A stretch of 64,000 nt of DNA, taken from sequence record LC727697.1. The stretch is one strand, 5' to 3'. Positions 40,201-48,030 of this stretch are shown here, in pieces. The stretch's first letter is position 1, and each line of letters starts with the position of its first letter. The translations under genes and the position numbers were made by a program. The notes under the pieces are model-generated. The model ran no database searches, was not told the DNA's origin, and saw nothing but the letters and a program-made list of their open reading frames with translations.

Positions 40201-42833
40201 CTAAAGAGCAATATGATGTAGAAATAAACGAGAATGGTTATCTACAAGTAACATTTAAATCAAATACTCTTATTAAAATAGGATCTAAAATAAAATTATA
40301 TTCTGGTACAGAATTCACCCAAACTCCGTTAGAGGAAATGAGGTTAGAATATAATGCTAGACAACCCGGTAAAGTGCTTAAACCTATATTTGATTTAGCA
40401 ATAGATCCAGCTGGTAAAATCGCAGGCGGCTGGGGTATACCTAAGTGGGGTCAATTACGTTGGGGTATACCGGGCACAATACAAGAAGGTAATCGTCAAT
40501 TATGGACTGAATACTTACAATATTCTGGCGCTGCTGGAAGATATATATTATATCAAACTGACTTGCAACGGGATATTTTAAGTGCCGCACCCATAAACGG
40601 TTCATATCCATACAGTTCGTTTACTGAACGTCTATACGAAAGTTCAGCCGGCGAGAGAGATGTTTTATTCCAATTTAACGAACGATTCGGCGACGAATAC
40701 GGGTGTGACTATGAAGGCAAGGTCATAGATGCTAAAGATTTTGAGTACATATTTAGCAGACCGTGGGATAGTACAAAATGGGACGAATACGCATGGGATG
40801 CCTCTACTGCTACGTATGTTATTACTCCTAATTATACCGAAACAAGTGCAACAGTCATATCGGAAGGAAAAACAACATTTGTCATACGATATGTAGTAGA
40901 TATAACTAGCGTAACACTAAATGGATCTTCTACACAATACACTGCTACAAAAGGTTCTAATTTTACATCTATAGAAGTTCCTGGCGCAGTAGAAGGTGAC
41001 GAAATAGTGTTTACTTTTAATCCTGTTACTAATACATTTAACAGTGACACTAGTAAGCCTATAATAGATGGTGCATATTTTGAAGATACTGACGTAAGAG
41101 AAGGCATCCCAGAAGAACAAGCATTAGTATCTCCTACAGAGAACATGGTTATTATTGTAGATTCTAATGCGAAGACTACAGAAGTTCAGTATGTTGTTAC
41201 TAATACAGATACTTCGAACCCGTTTGTTAAAATAGTATTAACTGAAAAAATAGTGTTACAGGATATAATAGGGTTAGTTATAAACGGAGATCCTAATACT
41301 GAAGACAAATTGAAGTTTAATATAGATAACAACGGCATTAATACCGTAGTCATTGCATATCCTACTAGTTTCAGTACAGGTGATATTATATCAGTAGTCT
41401 ATAAAGATAATTATACTTCACAAACTACTGTAGCTAACGATTATAGGTTTGATACTAATTCAGTAGTAAGGGATAATACTCAAGGATACATAACTGTAGA
41501 TTTAAGAAATACAAAACAAAATAAAGATATAAACACATGGGATACATTTGCTTGGGATCCAAGCATAGATTCTCCAGAAAATGCAGATAGTGTGTATCTA
41601 CTACCTATAGATATGCCAACTATTGCTAATCCTGACGAAGTAGTCGCACAGGCATCGGGACAACTTACATACAAGTTCGTAGATATTACTGCAAATGGTG
41701 TAGATACTATGATACATACAGGTATGAATATTCTCCCCAACAGAATCCAGGGTGTTTATTCGAGCGGAGTTGCAATGTATGGCTATACAGTAGTTGTAGA
41801 TAATAGTGGAATTACTCCTGAACTTGTTATTAATTTTGAAATTGCACCGAGTGCAGGAACTGTAATTACAGTTAAATATCAATCTTATTCTATAATGAAG
41901 TTAGATGATTATGTTTCGTATGTAATGAACAAATATAACATAACTTCTGTTACTGCATCTGAATATAAGTTGCAGACATTAGACATGTTTGTTGCTGCTA
42001 ACAAAAGAATGATCAGTGTGTCTAATAATTTATATACTCGTAAGAGTAAAGAAATGTTGTATACAAATACAAAACTTTTCACTGTAGATACTAGTATACG
42101 TAATTTTGTAGGAGAGACAGTTTATATAAATGGAATTAGTAAAACTAAAGACAAAGACTACACTATAGAATTCACAAATATAACAGGTGATAATGCTAAA
42201 TTATTAGTAGTATATAAGGGTACTCTTAACGCAGGCGATATTATACGAATCGATTGGACTGAAACAAACATTCAAAAAGTAACCGATATTGTTAATAATT
42301 CGTGGGTAGCTGTATTTAATGAACAACACAATTTCATAAATCCAGTTACAATGCAAGGTGATAATGTTGTAATCAAATATCCTGCCAAACCGCTAAGCTT
42401 CAGGGTACACCTAGATGAAATGGGCGAAACACACTATGTTAGGATTTCTGATTATTATAGCACTAGATTAGCTAAACCATTAAAACTTACAGATAAATCT
42501 ATAGAGTTAGTAGATGCATCTGCAATAGTAGATCCGTCTAATAGTAAACCCGGTGTAGTTTGGATAGGAACCGAACGTATAGAATTCTTATATAAACGCG
42601 GTAATAAATTACACGGATTGACTAGGGGATCATTAGGGACATCTGTATATACCGGAACAAATGGAGATACAACTGTGCCTTTATATACTAGAGTATTTGA
42701 CGGTTCGTATAAACAAGAACAAGAAGATACAGGTAAGTACATATGGGAAAATAATAACGGTGGACTTGCTCTAAGTACAACTCCCTGGGCTATATTCTTA
42801 CAAAACAGACCTGGAAGTGGATTAACTCCGTAG
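31260..42833 (+). CDS. Giant baseplate / structural protein (gp7-like position), 3857 aa
   Basis: Single uninterrupted 11.5-kb ORF after gp6, beta-rich, with KGMISQKGT and YIKEIKPYTTKIR wedge-like motifs. Confidence 0.75.
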   Translation: MATLKTFNKLPGIFRTDTQKRFFLATFEQLFSKKNVEDITAYIGRRVPGRHDPINDYYLAEPTKERTWYQLEATSYSIDSTTLDQTNIMFYQDLLNRLNYYGANTKNNDTLFSGGYYSFGPPIDLDKFINFQNYYWIEDRLPVIMLTVENESGINADEWIINNIIGKKNASITLENGNTIQLSNGLRIQYTNSSSFNRPLTVEGVGKGIILVKDESHLVDTVGSVDYITIERGCRDGNAWSRTNKWYHKSVMATSASATNTSTYNNAVKARRPIIEFDRDIELFKSGNNYLGEVNLVAESDSISSISNSASYTIDGKLLEDQDKLIFLSNSTITYPIVDTFIADAAPYNIILRKPFTDTDDIFVIVKRGNKMFYNPEWYSYEDELNQMNFIADTKGLQWNPISYDINNVSFENITNGVEYKFYTPSSVGTIKTIDVVNRGTSIRQPRTSFTFNVETLNTPVGKNNSIVTITGTTLPTNLAFDVIINDNIDGLLPGDQVEINVNNKVNMYKKPAAEAIEGPGARRTFLFNNDFTFNFTQQNIGNHIIGIQIDAYTRDANNDPVSYDYLYNPADDFVSFTIEQDNALLVEFKNIVPDDSIVKLIVRDNETLTLNATDYIWKIVKVEQPDNTVVNSIIPVPNKYTKVAKGDVVLVTEGDTFAGDMFYYTGVQWERTYNRKTNANQAPLFNLYYTDLDSNNNAISLDSFPQSTFAGSKIFSYKINEESAYDDEILGFPIEVKNLGQISDIVFRHDLHMDVFQYFNGNEFEPIKGYYYFKQWNYTISGSNPTYEHTWVPFDGNSKQRVIDRFVVSDSSQKEYELSVTPEELEPGIFDIRVEYNKSTLAQNVEFTIVLDNDGKPTKTIKILRSLSATDVIQTYTYSKEALPDNALGYYQIPQQLENNPNNLEVNEYSSNELTNHFVSIMTNQIGFKGDPYSSNNNYRDTAEDKSLGTFILQNRSPLLKTMLVSSSEELNINSAIRFARDEYTRYKDKFIKYAKELIAAPLNQNTNPVNIDALFTYVINRVTSTFEYNGAFTQSYMAAWGDVYDEYNFSSASVGNTLLVPTNNILGKMDSSVLVFRRSGTSVDYNTLTIDKDYTLSYSNNNLVVKLSSTLSNTSYIVRIYNNILSAKIPATPSKIGCYPVYQPKIIVDTSYVTPTEVILGHDGSKIPTYGDIRDDLLLEFETRIYNNIADKFRLDYNLLLKLDDVKPTKFYENGYTLQQYNEIVKPYFLKWCLKNSLNYKLYSGFNSLNWKTWNYRPVSNDSIGSWRGLYKYYYNTLTPNKTPWEMLGFVEKPTWWDEEYNGDYTSQNTDMWTDIENGIIRRGNRAGTHEKYKRTGLVPNLIPSDTSGDLKTPEELGIVPQLSNQEIETLQDEWIFGDNSPVEEAWYTNSEWPFVQLELLYLMKPADFGERYWNPLDDTRASINAKQYISSSTYTRIANSNTYAHGEVVNGNIVLNSGYQQYVFDRLSFMGKQDITYNFGSKIRSLDVCLAHRLAGYTNVDTLNVYADSISGGSTNSSMLLPNENIHVRVYTGKPITEYVFSGVAIRVNEYGKFEVRGYDVLNPVFKVVPRSTLVSGTTINVGGTTSNFTIYDTNVQYNYGDVVRYNGVYYQCVVIAAQGKFNQDNWMRLKSLPATGGITVNYINEGDYSEFYEIEYGSELDTPQDVFDFLIGYGQYLELNGWKFNEIDQTTGEVLNWVTSAKGFLFWATTQWAPNNTLFVAPGASKITLEVNEGYPEKVERISNGVYSILDQNGYAISPNDTIIDRDRRTISVSHESDQIGIYLFRVSTSDTEHAILFDNKTIFNDTIYDPLLYSRQKRLQLRGIRTNDWYGKFEADGYLIQDDNLLQNFENLTDSIWHYYDTENTLDNPIIEQTARHLIGFQDREYLNNLRITGDQQYLFYKGMISQKGTKQSVDKLLRSEFIKSNENIQIYEEFAFKLADFGATNSNAQLEVLIDGDLVKSDPQIVELSYPVSYGTGKVSEVRVLSSEMIYTTTPIIVFATPEEANAGLDPNVDAYLQGNQLNSPNNSIVEEIRATGQVVLKNGRIDSVTITEPGYGYIKPPKIAIIYNQTVITIDKLISIIKNKIDEDSPYDMIITIDSDDNERWLSKPNGRMPVIVGNEIKYNDRLVPTTKQLDGNIPTAGYVNTKDVTHQILYPKNIFTLWERKDVSKPSLTSYIWVGNASSVGIDWGVFVIYSGLTPATNALYPYCVINNMVYSYTVDSDGVIDAIFDKEGKQVTNVPIQNPLFFKNVRFKNNATVNVTSGKVWIDSINSDNDWAVAVVSGSTITNIRSRQNLVDSKLFENAYFYDKDTKQTIDFLPVYDPVKGLIPGTADRNIHYKSEIDPTTYSVSANSANIDDELAFTDSEVGRLWWDTSTCRYLQYEQPGKLDGSETKEQILEYRRDNWGKLFPGSVINVYEWVSSPFTPDLYNGTGTPKSLTDYVVRYDTNSAGQATPIYYYWVKGKQEIPNNIKSRNMTSTSVENLITNPKSQGYKWFSFIGNNSFVFSNVSKTINGKTPVFQVNYRYTKNINEKHTEWKLLREGDEVSVIPTYLWNRLVDSLVGYNINGDIVPDPTLSEFSKLGIKVRPRQSMIDNRMAARKVFVQNANSLLSTISIKDFNPAWADGLASSVLWRYVNWYADGFNQFNTTPVKQVSTVGELTGLVGKLKDGDIVKLVRPEEFTLYQYSNQNFTLIGRQNSAIQLLPAIYTVSRSYTNDNALRELIFALYNNVFKDANLVMRNLVFFALINYILSEQQNLDWVFKTTYIKVNQEGESLTQQESVTTDPIQSFISYIKEIKPYTTKIRDLGVKYNVPMDIANGTAYDYDSLYDWPDDHEGEQAPFRPIEVPRLFDINSLYDRVQCGYITKPNYIDLGDQTFIGTGGQVVLIANTPNDEFIALDGISQYQLGANKDISRITSVTINGQEIEGYTFTTILNATFIILPSTPDAGDVIIVNYTDIKSVWKIKVDGKTITKEQYDVEINENGYLQVTFKSNTLIKIGSKIKLYSGTEFTQTPLEEMRLEYNARQPGKVLKPIFDLAIDPAGKIAGGWGIPKWGQLRWGIPGTIQEGNRQLWTEYLQYSGAAGRYILYQTDLQRDILSAAPINGSYPYSSFTERLYESSAGERDVLFQFNERFGDEYGCDYEGKVIDAKDFEYIFSRPWDSTKWDEYAWDASTATYVITPNYTETSATVISEGKTTFVIRYVVDITSVTLNGSSTQYTATKGSNFTSIEVPGAVEGDEIVFTFNPVTNTFNSDTSKPIIDGAYFEDTDVREGIPEEQALVSPTENMVIIVDSNAKTTEVQYVVTNTDTSNPFVKIVLTEKIVLQDIIGLVINGDPNTEDKLKFNIDNNGINTVVIAYPTSFSTGDIISVVYKDNYTSQTTVANDYRFDTNSVVRDNTQGYITVDLRNTKQNKDINTWDTFAWDPSIDSPENADSVYLLPIDMPTIANPDEVVAQASGQLTYKFVDITANGVDTMIHTGMNILPNRIQGVYSSGVAMYGYTVVVDNSGITPELVINFEIAPSAGTVITVKYQSYSIMKLDDYVSYVMNKYNITSVTASEYKLQTLDMFVAANKRMISVSNNLYTRKSKEMLYTNTKLFTVDTSIRNFVGETVYINGISKTKDKDYTIEFTNITGDNAKLLVVYKGTLNAGDIIRIDWTETNIQKVTDIVNNSWVAVFNEQHNFINPVTMQGDNVVIKYPAKPLSFRVHLDEMGETHYVRISDYYSTRLAKPLKLTDKSIELVDASAIVDPSNSKPGVVWIGTERIEFLYKRGNKLHGLTRGSLGTSVYTGTNGDTTVPLYTRVFDGSYKQEQEDTGKYIWENNNGGLALSTTPWAIFLQNRPGSGLTP

Positions 42834-42843
42834 TTTAAAACAC

Positions 42844-42852
42844 AGATAAATA
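42844..42852 (+). promoter_or_regulatory. Late promoter AGATAAATA
   Basis: Immediately upstream of the fibre operon. Confidence 0.6.
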
Positions 42853-42857
42853 TCGAT

Positions 42858-42983
42858 ATGGATGATAAGAAAGATAACAGTAACAATAAAAAACCAGACG
42901 AGGACGTGCTCGGTCACGCCCTCGATCACGTTAAAATTGTAGATCTGAAAACAAATAAAGAATTATTAAATAAAAGGGGTTAA
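42858..42983 (+). CDS. 41-aa ORF below the track cutoff (MDDKKDNSNNKKPDEDVLGHALDHVKIVDLKTNKELLNKRG)
   Basis: Fills the gap after the late promoter and ends 1 nt before the next ATG. Resembles the N-terminus of the next gene. Confidence 0.65.
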   Translation: MDDKKDNSNNKKPDEDVLGHALDHVKIVDLKTNKELLNKRG

Positions 42984-42984
42984 T

Positions 42985-43590
42985 ATGCAAGATAGTGGAA
43001 CTATCCGTGCTATTGGGCATCTTACTATTGTAGATAAAGACACGGGTGAAATACTTCTTAGCAAAAAGAATGCAATTCATTTCGGTAATTTGGCTGCTGC
43101 TATAGTATCTGCATTGGCTGGACAAGATAACGGGCACGTAAGATATATGGCTTTCGGCAACGGCGGTACTCGAGTGACTGCTGAGGGTGAAATAATTTAT
43201 AGGGAACCCAATGTTTCTATTATACGTAATCCCGACGATTCGTTATATAACGAAACATTTAAAAAAGAAATAGATAATACACTTCAAAATAAAATAGAAG
43301 TTATTTTAGGAAGTACAAACTTTTCAGATTTAAAAGTAACCACTACTCTTGCATATGATGAAGCAGGACTACAACAACAAATTATAGACAGAGCACCCAG
43401 TTTTGCAGAAGATAATAAAGATAGTTCTGTATTCGATGAAATTGCGTTATATGTAGGTCCGCCCAGTATAGCTGGAAATTTAGATCAAAGTGAAGCTATA
43501 ATGATTACTCATGTAATATTCCATCCTATACAAAAATCATCTAATAGAGCATTACAAATACAATATACTGTTAGAGTGCAAATGGGGTAA
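42985..43590 (+). CDS. Virion structural protein (baseplate/fibre attachment)
   Basis: KNAIH, MAFGNGG, FDEIAL, THVIFHPIQKSSNR motifs, in late operon context. Confidence 0.6.
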   Translation: MQDSGTIRAIGHLTIVDKDTGEILLSKKNAIHFGNLAAAIVSALAGQDNGHVRYMAFGNGGTRVTAEGEIIYREPNVSIIRNPDDSLYNETFKKEIDNTLQNKIEVILGSTNFSDLKVTTTLAYDEAGLQQQIIDRAPSFAEDNKDSSVFDEIALYVGPPSIAGNLDQSEAIMITHVIFHPIQKSSNRALQIQYTVRVQMG

Positions 43591-43593
43591 TTT

Positions 43594-45339
43594 ATGTCAT
43601 ATAATATTTCCAAAAGTAACGGCACCCCTATTACTGTTGCAGACCAAACGATATTAGAGAATTATACTTTGCCATTACTAGGCAAAGACATATCACCATA
43701 TGGCGGAGAAATAGCACAGAGTACAATTAGGCATTTAGAAAATTTTGCCAATACAATTCCGCCTCGGGGGGCCATTAAGGGCCAACTGTGGTATGATACT
43801 CAGCAGGAAATACTTAAAGTATGGAAAGGAGCAGACCCTCTATCTCCCAACGATAACACTAGTGCAGATAGATCTAACGAAATGTGGGCTCCTATTGGCG
43901 GAGCATTAATACAAGATCTATTGCCAAAGGTTGATAATACAATTAATATAGGGTCTCCTACCCTTAGATTTAAAAATATCTATGCAGTAGGCTTTTTCGG
44001 AACAGAAGCAACTTTAAGAAAATGTACATCTAGTTCTAACAGAACTGCTCTTACAGTTGTAGGAAATACTTCAGTTCAAGGCGACATATTACCCGAAACC
44101 CAATCGACTATGCCGAATCCTTGTCAGTTTATAACATCGTCTAGTTTGGGTTCGTCTGCAAAACAATGGGATAATTTATATACAAAGAAAGCATGGATTA
44201 ATTCCGGTGGTATAACTTTTACTAATGGTTCTTCTGTTATAGCATTAGAAAACGGACCTAATAACGATTTATTCTGTAGGGGCACATGGATTATAGGTGG
44301 TACTTCATATAGAGTAACAAGATTCTTCGGCCAAGATGTAAATACGACGTTATTAACACTAGGAACTGGCACAAATCAAGGTTTAAATTCTCATTTGATG
44401 CCTGTAATAGATAATACGTATGACTTAGGTTCTACTGCTCGGCGCTATAGAAACATGTATTCTGTAAATTTCGTAGGTAATGCATCAAGTGCGACTAATG
44501 CAACCAGAGCAGCTTCTGCAGATAAATGGACGTTTGGCAGAACATTAACACTAACTGGAAATGTTTTAGGTTCAGTAGTATTAGACGGTACTACAAACGT
44601 TACAATGAACACAACTGTAGTTGGATTAGGCACAGCAGCGTCACACGATGTTATAGCACCTGGTGTTCCTGGAAATATGGCTAACAAGATTCCTGTTGTT
44701 AGTACATCTGGTGTTACAGAAATAGCTAGGTATTTAGATTTTCACCATGCCACGAACTCTTCTACTGATTACGATGTTCGACTGCATACAGATGGCGTAA
44801 ACGACGGCGCACTATATATAAACGGTCAAAGAATATGGCATACTGGCAATCTTCCTACCGTTTATACCCAAGACCAGGTAGATCAGAAAATTTTAACTGC
44901 CATTGCAGCTACTAGAGAATTAGTATATCCTATAGGTTCTGTATACATTAACGCAACTAATTCGGCAAACCCAGCAACTTATTTAGGATTCGGGGTCTGG
45001 AATCCGTATGCACAGGGCAGATCTATAGTCGGGAACGGATCTACTACTGATGCAAATGGAGATTCGGGTGGATATGCTGCCGGATCAACAGGAGGAACTT
45101 ATTTCCATAAACTTACTGTAGCAGAGATGCCAGCGCATCAGCATATACAAGGTTTCGGAAATAACGTTTCGCAATCGGGTAGATTCGGTTCAGTCGGCGG
45201 TCAATCTGCTAGGGTCGAAGACGGTTACGGATTCCAGAGCGTTACTACAGCGCCTCTAACTTCTTCTGTCGGCGGCGACGGAAAACATAATAACCAATCT
45301 CCGTGGCAATGTGCATACGTATGGATTAGGGTAGGTTAA
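43594..45339 (+). CDS. Tail fibre protein with a gp10/gp12-like C-terminal tip domain
   Basis: LENFAN...GQLWYD N-terminus, DNTYDLGS repeats, and YPIGSVY...HKLTVAEMPAHQH...HNNQSPW..YVWIRV C-terminus. Confidence 0.75.
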   Translation: MSYNISKSNGTPITVADQTILENYTLPLLGKDISPYGGEIAQSTIRHLENFANTIPPRGAIKGQLWYDTQQEILKVWKGADPLSPNDNTSADRSNEMWAPIGGALIQDLLPKVDNTINIGSPTLRFKNIYAVGFFGTEATLRKCTSSSNRTALTVVGNTSVQGDILPETQSTMPNPCQFITSSSLGSSAKQWDNLYTKKAWINSGGITFTNGSSVIALENGPNNDLFCRGTWIIGGTSYRVTRFFGQDVNTTLLTLGTGTNQGLNSHLMPVIDNTYDLGSTARRYRNMYSVNFVGNASSATNATRAASADKWTFGRTLTLTGNVLGSVVLDGTTNVTMNTTVVGLGTAASHDVIAPGVPGNMANKIPVVSTSGVTEIARYLDFHHATNSSTDYDVRLHTDGVNDGALYINGQRIWHTGNLPTVYTQDQVDQKILTAIAATRELVYPIGSVYINATNSANPATYLGFGVWNPYAQGRSIVGNGSTTDANGDSGGYAAGSTGGTYFHKLTVAEMPAHQHIQGFGNNVSQSGRFGSVGGQSARVEDGYGFQSVTTAPLTSSVGGDGKHNNQSPWQCAYVWIRVG

Positions 45340-45341
45340 TA

Positions 45342-46778
45342 ATGTCATATACAATTACAAAGTCAAACGGAAATATAATAGCAATACCTGATGGTACTAT
45401 ATCTAACGTATATTCTACTAGCTTAGTTGGTAGAATAACACCTGCATATGGACAATCTTTAGCACAGTCTACAATAAGAACATTAGAAAACTTTGCAAAT
45501 AATACATCTCCTCGGGGTGCAATAAAAGGGCAACTTTGGTTTGATACTAGAACTAATGTAATGAAAGTATGGATAGGAAACGATCCTGTCAATTCTACAG
45601 ACAACACTAGTGCAAACCCAAATCATGCATCGTGGAAATCATTAATAAGTACAGTAGATTCTACAATAATTCCTGCAACAAATACAGTAGATTTGGGCGC
45701 CGCCGCAAATAGATTCAGAGTCGGTTATTTCAGTACAGTTAATACAACTAATTTAGTTGCTGGAACAACCCAATTAGGTGCTACTACTATAGGCGGTAAT
45801 GTACTACCCAGTACAACTTCTCAGTATTCTATAGGTTCGGCAAGTTTAACATTTGCAGATGTATATGCAAGAAGATTTCTTGCAACACAAGAAATTGTAT
45901 TTTCTAGATCAAACGGTAATATTACTTTAGGTTTTATACCTCTTAGTGATACAGCAGTTGGGATGAAAAACACAACTGATACTCTAGGTAGTGCTTCGAG
46001 TAGAATTGCAGGTATATATGCAAGCGGGATGTATGCTAATAGTTTATCGGTCGGATCTGGGCAGCCAGGTTATGGTGTTATTACTAACTTAATACCTAGC
46101 ACAACTAATGCGTTTACTTTAGGTTCAGATACAAATAGATATTCTAAAATATACGGTATGGAATTATATGCAAGAGATAAGATAATTCCCGGTGTACCTG
46201 ATACTACCACAATGGGCGATGTTAATAATGCATTTGGCCTATCATACATAAACGAAATAACAACATCTAAAATAAATGCTAGAACAACTACTTCTTCTAT
46301 AGGAAGTCAAACTAGTCCTTTCCAAAATATTTATGGAACTAATTTAATAGGTACGTCTACATCAAGTAAATATGCAGATCTTGCAGAAAGATATGAAGCT
46401 GATGGAGAATTAGATACAGGAACTGTAGTTAAATTGGGTGGTTCTAAAGAAATAACAATGACAACACTTGATGCAGATACAGAAGTATTCGGTGTAATAA
46501 GTACAAGTGCAGGCATAATGATGAATGCCGACGCAGGGACTGATGAAACTCATCCGTTTGTCGCATTAGCAGGAAGAGTACCCGTGAAAGTAATAGGACC
46601 CATATCTAAGGGCGATAGATTAGTTGCTAGTGATGTTCCTGGTGTTGCTCGTAGAATAACAATGTCAGAATTGCAACAGTTAGGTCCTATGGGTGTATAT
46701 AGTATTATAGGACGTGCCATTAGTTCTAAATCAACATCGGATGTAGAATTAGTTTTATGTGCAATAGGCTCTAAATAA
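45342..46778 (+). CDS. Tail fibre protein with a C-terminal autocleaving intramolecular chaperone (peptidase G2-like)
   Basis: N-terminus paralogous to the previous gene. YADLAERY...VALAGRVPVKVIG...KGDRLV C-terminus. Confidence 0.75.
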   Translation: MSYTITKSNGNIIAIPDGTISNVYSTSLVGRITPAYGQSLAQSTIRTLENFANNTSPRGAIKGQLWFDTRTNVMKVWIGNDPVNSTDNTSANPNHASWKSLISTVDSTIIPATNTVDLGAAANRFRVGYFSTVNTTNLVAGTTQLGATTIGGNVLPSTTSQYSIGSASLTFADVYARRFLATQEIVFSRSNGNITLGFIPLSDTAVGMKNTTDTLGSASSRIAGIYASGMYANSLSVGSGQPGYGVITNLIPSTTNAFTLGSDTNRYSKIYGMELYARDKIIPGVPDTTTMGDVNNAFGLSYINEITTSKINARTTTSSIGSQTSPFQNIYGTNLIGTSTSSKYADLAERYEADGELDTGTVVKLGGSKEITMTTLDADTEVFGVISTSAGIMMNADAGTDETHPFVALAGRVPVKVIGPISKGDRLVASDVPGVARRITMSELQQLGPMGVYSIIGRAISSKSTSDVELVLCAIGSK

Positions 46779-47998
46779 TGTACGCAAGAAATCAGGTAAT
46801 ACAGGCTGCTGATTATAATCTATTTTCTTCTAAAATACAAAATATTTTAGGTACAGGAACAGGTAGCTACGGATACGGACAGACTGTTCCTGTACAACAA
46901 GTTGCTATAGGAAATATAATCAGTGCATCTAACTGGAATACACTGTTTTCTACTATGCAAACTATTGCATTACATCAAGGCACATCGTTACTAGGCGCAG
47001 CCTGGCCAGCAATTGTATCTTCAAATAATACAATTGCTGCATATAACTATGATGTAATGCAACCGCCCGGTACATTATTACCATTAGGCGATGCATTATC
47101 TTTATTAGAAGCTAATAGAGGTAAATTAGCAAATCCGACTTATACTACTAAACTAACATCTAGTAGACCGACGAGTGCTCCGTGGGATCAATCTGTATAT
47201 TCAGAGTTTACTGTCACATTTAATGATAATAATCATGCAAGACAATTTTTCAATACAGGTGGTGCAATAAGAATAACGCCTCAGTTAACCTCGCCGAGCA
47301 CTACTATTTCTACAAAGATGAAGGAGCTTTTAGAAAATATAAATTCTGTTGTATTTTTCGGAATATCTGCACCAAGCGTACCAACTAACAGCAAACCATG
47401 TACTAAAACGTTCTATGAATTAAATAATACATATCAAACAGTTTTTATACTTAAAATAGACAACGTCCAGATGTCTGTTCAAGCAAAGTTAAACAGTCCA
47501 TCTGTTATATCATTTTATGTAATATTTACGGAATTTGACACACAAACTATAGTTCAAGGAAATTTGCAATTTACAGTAATAGAACATATTTCTAGTGCAA
47601 TATATCCTGTTATATCGCCTACTTATGCACTGTTATATAATTTAACAAATAGTGCAGCAATAGTTCCTACTATGAACATTTCCGGTCCTAACCAAGTACA
47701 GCAGGGTGCTAGTGTAACCGGATCTGCAATATTTACATTCGGCTATCAAGCAATCGTATCTGAAGAAATAGTATTTGACGGAGTTGCATACCCTCTGCCT
47801 GTAGGATCTAATACAACTAGAACAAATTCAAAGGGCTCTGTTAATTATGTAAGACCAAATGATCCTGTTGTAGTTAACAGAACATGGACTTTTTCGTCAA
47901 ATTCCGGCACAGTGGGACAGACGCAAGACATAACATGGCGAGTAACTACATACGACAATAATACGTATACTTATACAAAAACAATTTTAATAATATAA
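46778..47998 (+). CDS. Virion structural / fibre-associated protein
   Basis: VIQAADYN N-terminus, FFNTGG motif, beta-rich C-terminus; last gene of the late operon. Confidence 0.6.
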   Translation: MYARNQVIQAADYNLFSSKIQNILGTGTGSYGYGQTVPVQQVAIGNIISASNWNTLFSTMQTIALHQGTSLLGAAWPAIVSSNNTIAAYNYDVMQPPGTLLPLGDALSLLEANRGKLANPTYTTKLTSSRPTSAPWDQSVYSEFTVTFNDNNHARQFFNTGGAIRITPQLTSPSTTISTKMKELLENINSVVFFGISAPSVPTNSKPCTKTFYELNNTYQTVFILKIDNVQMSVQAKLNSPSVISFYVIFTEFDTQTIVQGNLQFTVIEHISSAIYPVISPTYALLYNLTNSAAIVPTMNISGPNQVQQGASVTGSAIFTFGYQAIVSEEIVFDGVAYPLPVGSNTTRTNSKGSVNYVRPNDPVVVNRTWTFSSNSGTVGQTQDITWRVTTYDNNTYTYTKTILII

Positions 47999-48030
47999 AA
48001 GAAAAGAAGATTTAATCTTCTTTTCTTTTT
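47997..48030. terminator. Bidirectional terminator at the structural/accessory boundary
   Basis: AAAAGAAAAGAAGAT-TTA-ATCTTCTTTTCTTTTT. Confidence 0.8.

Noticed and set aside
31260-42833. Alternative genetic code (stop reassignment)
   Set aside because: Very long ORFs are intact under the standard code, and TAA, TAG and TGA all end conserved genes.
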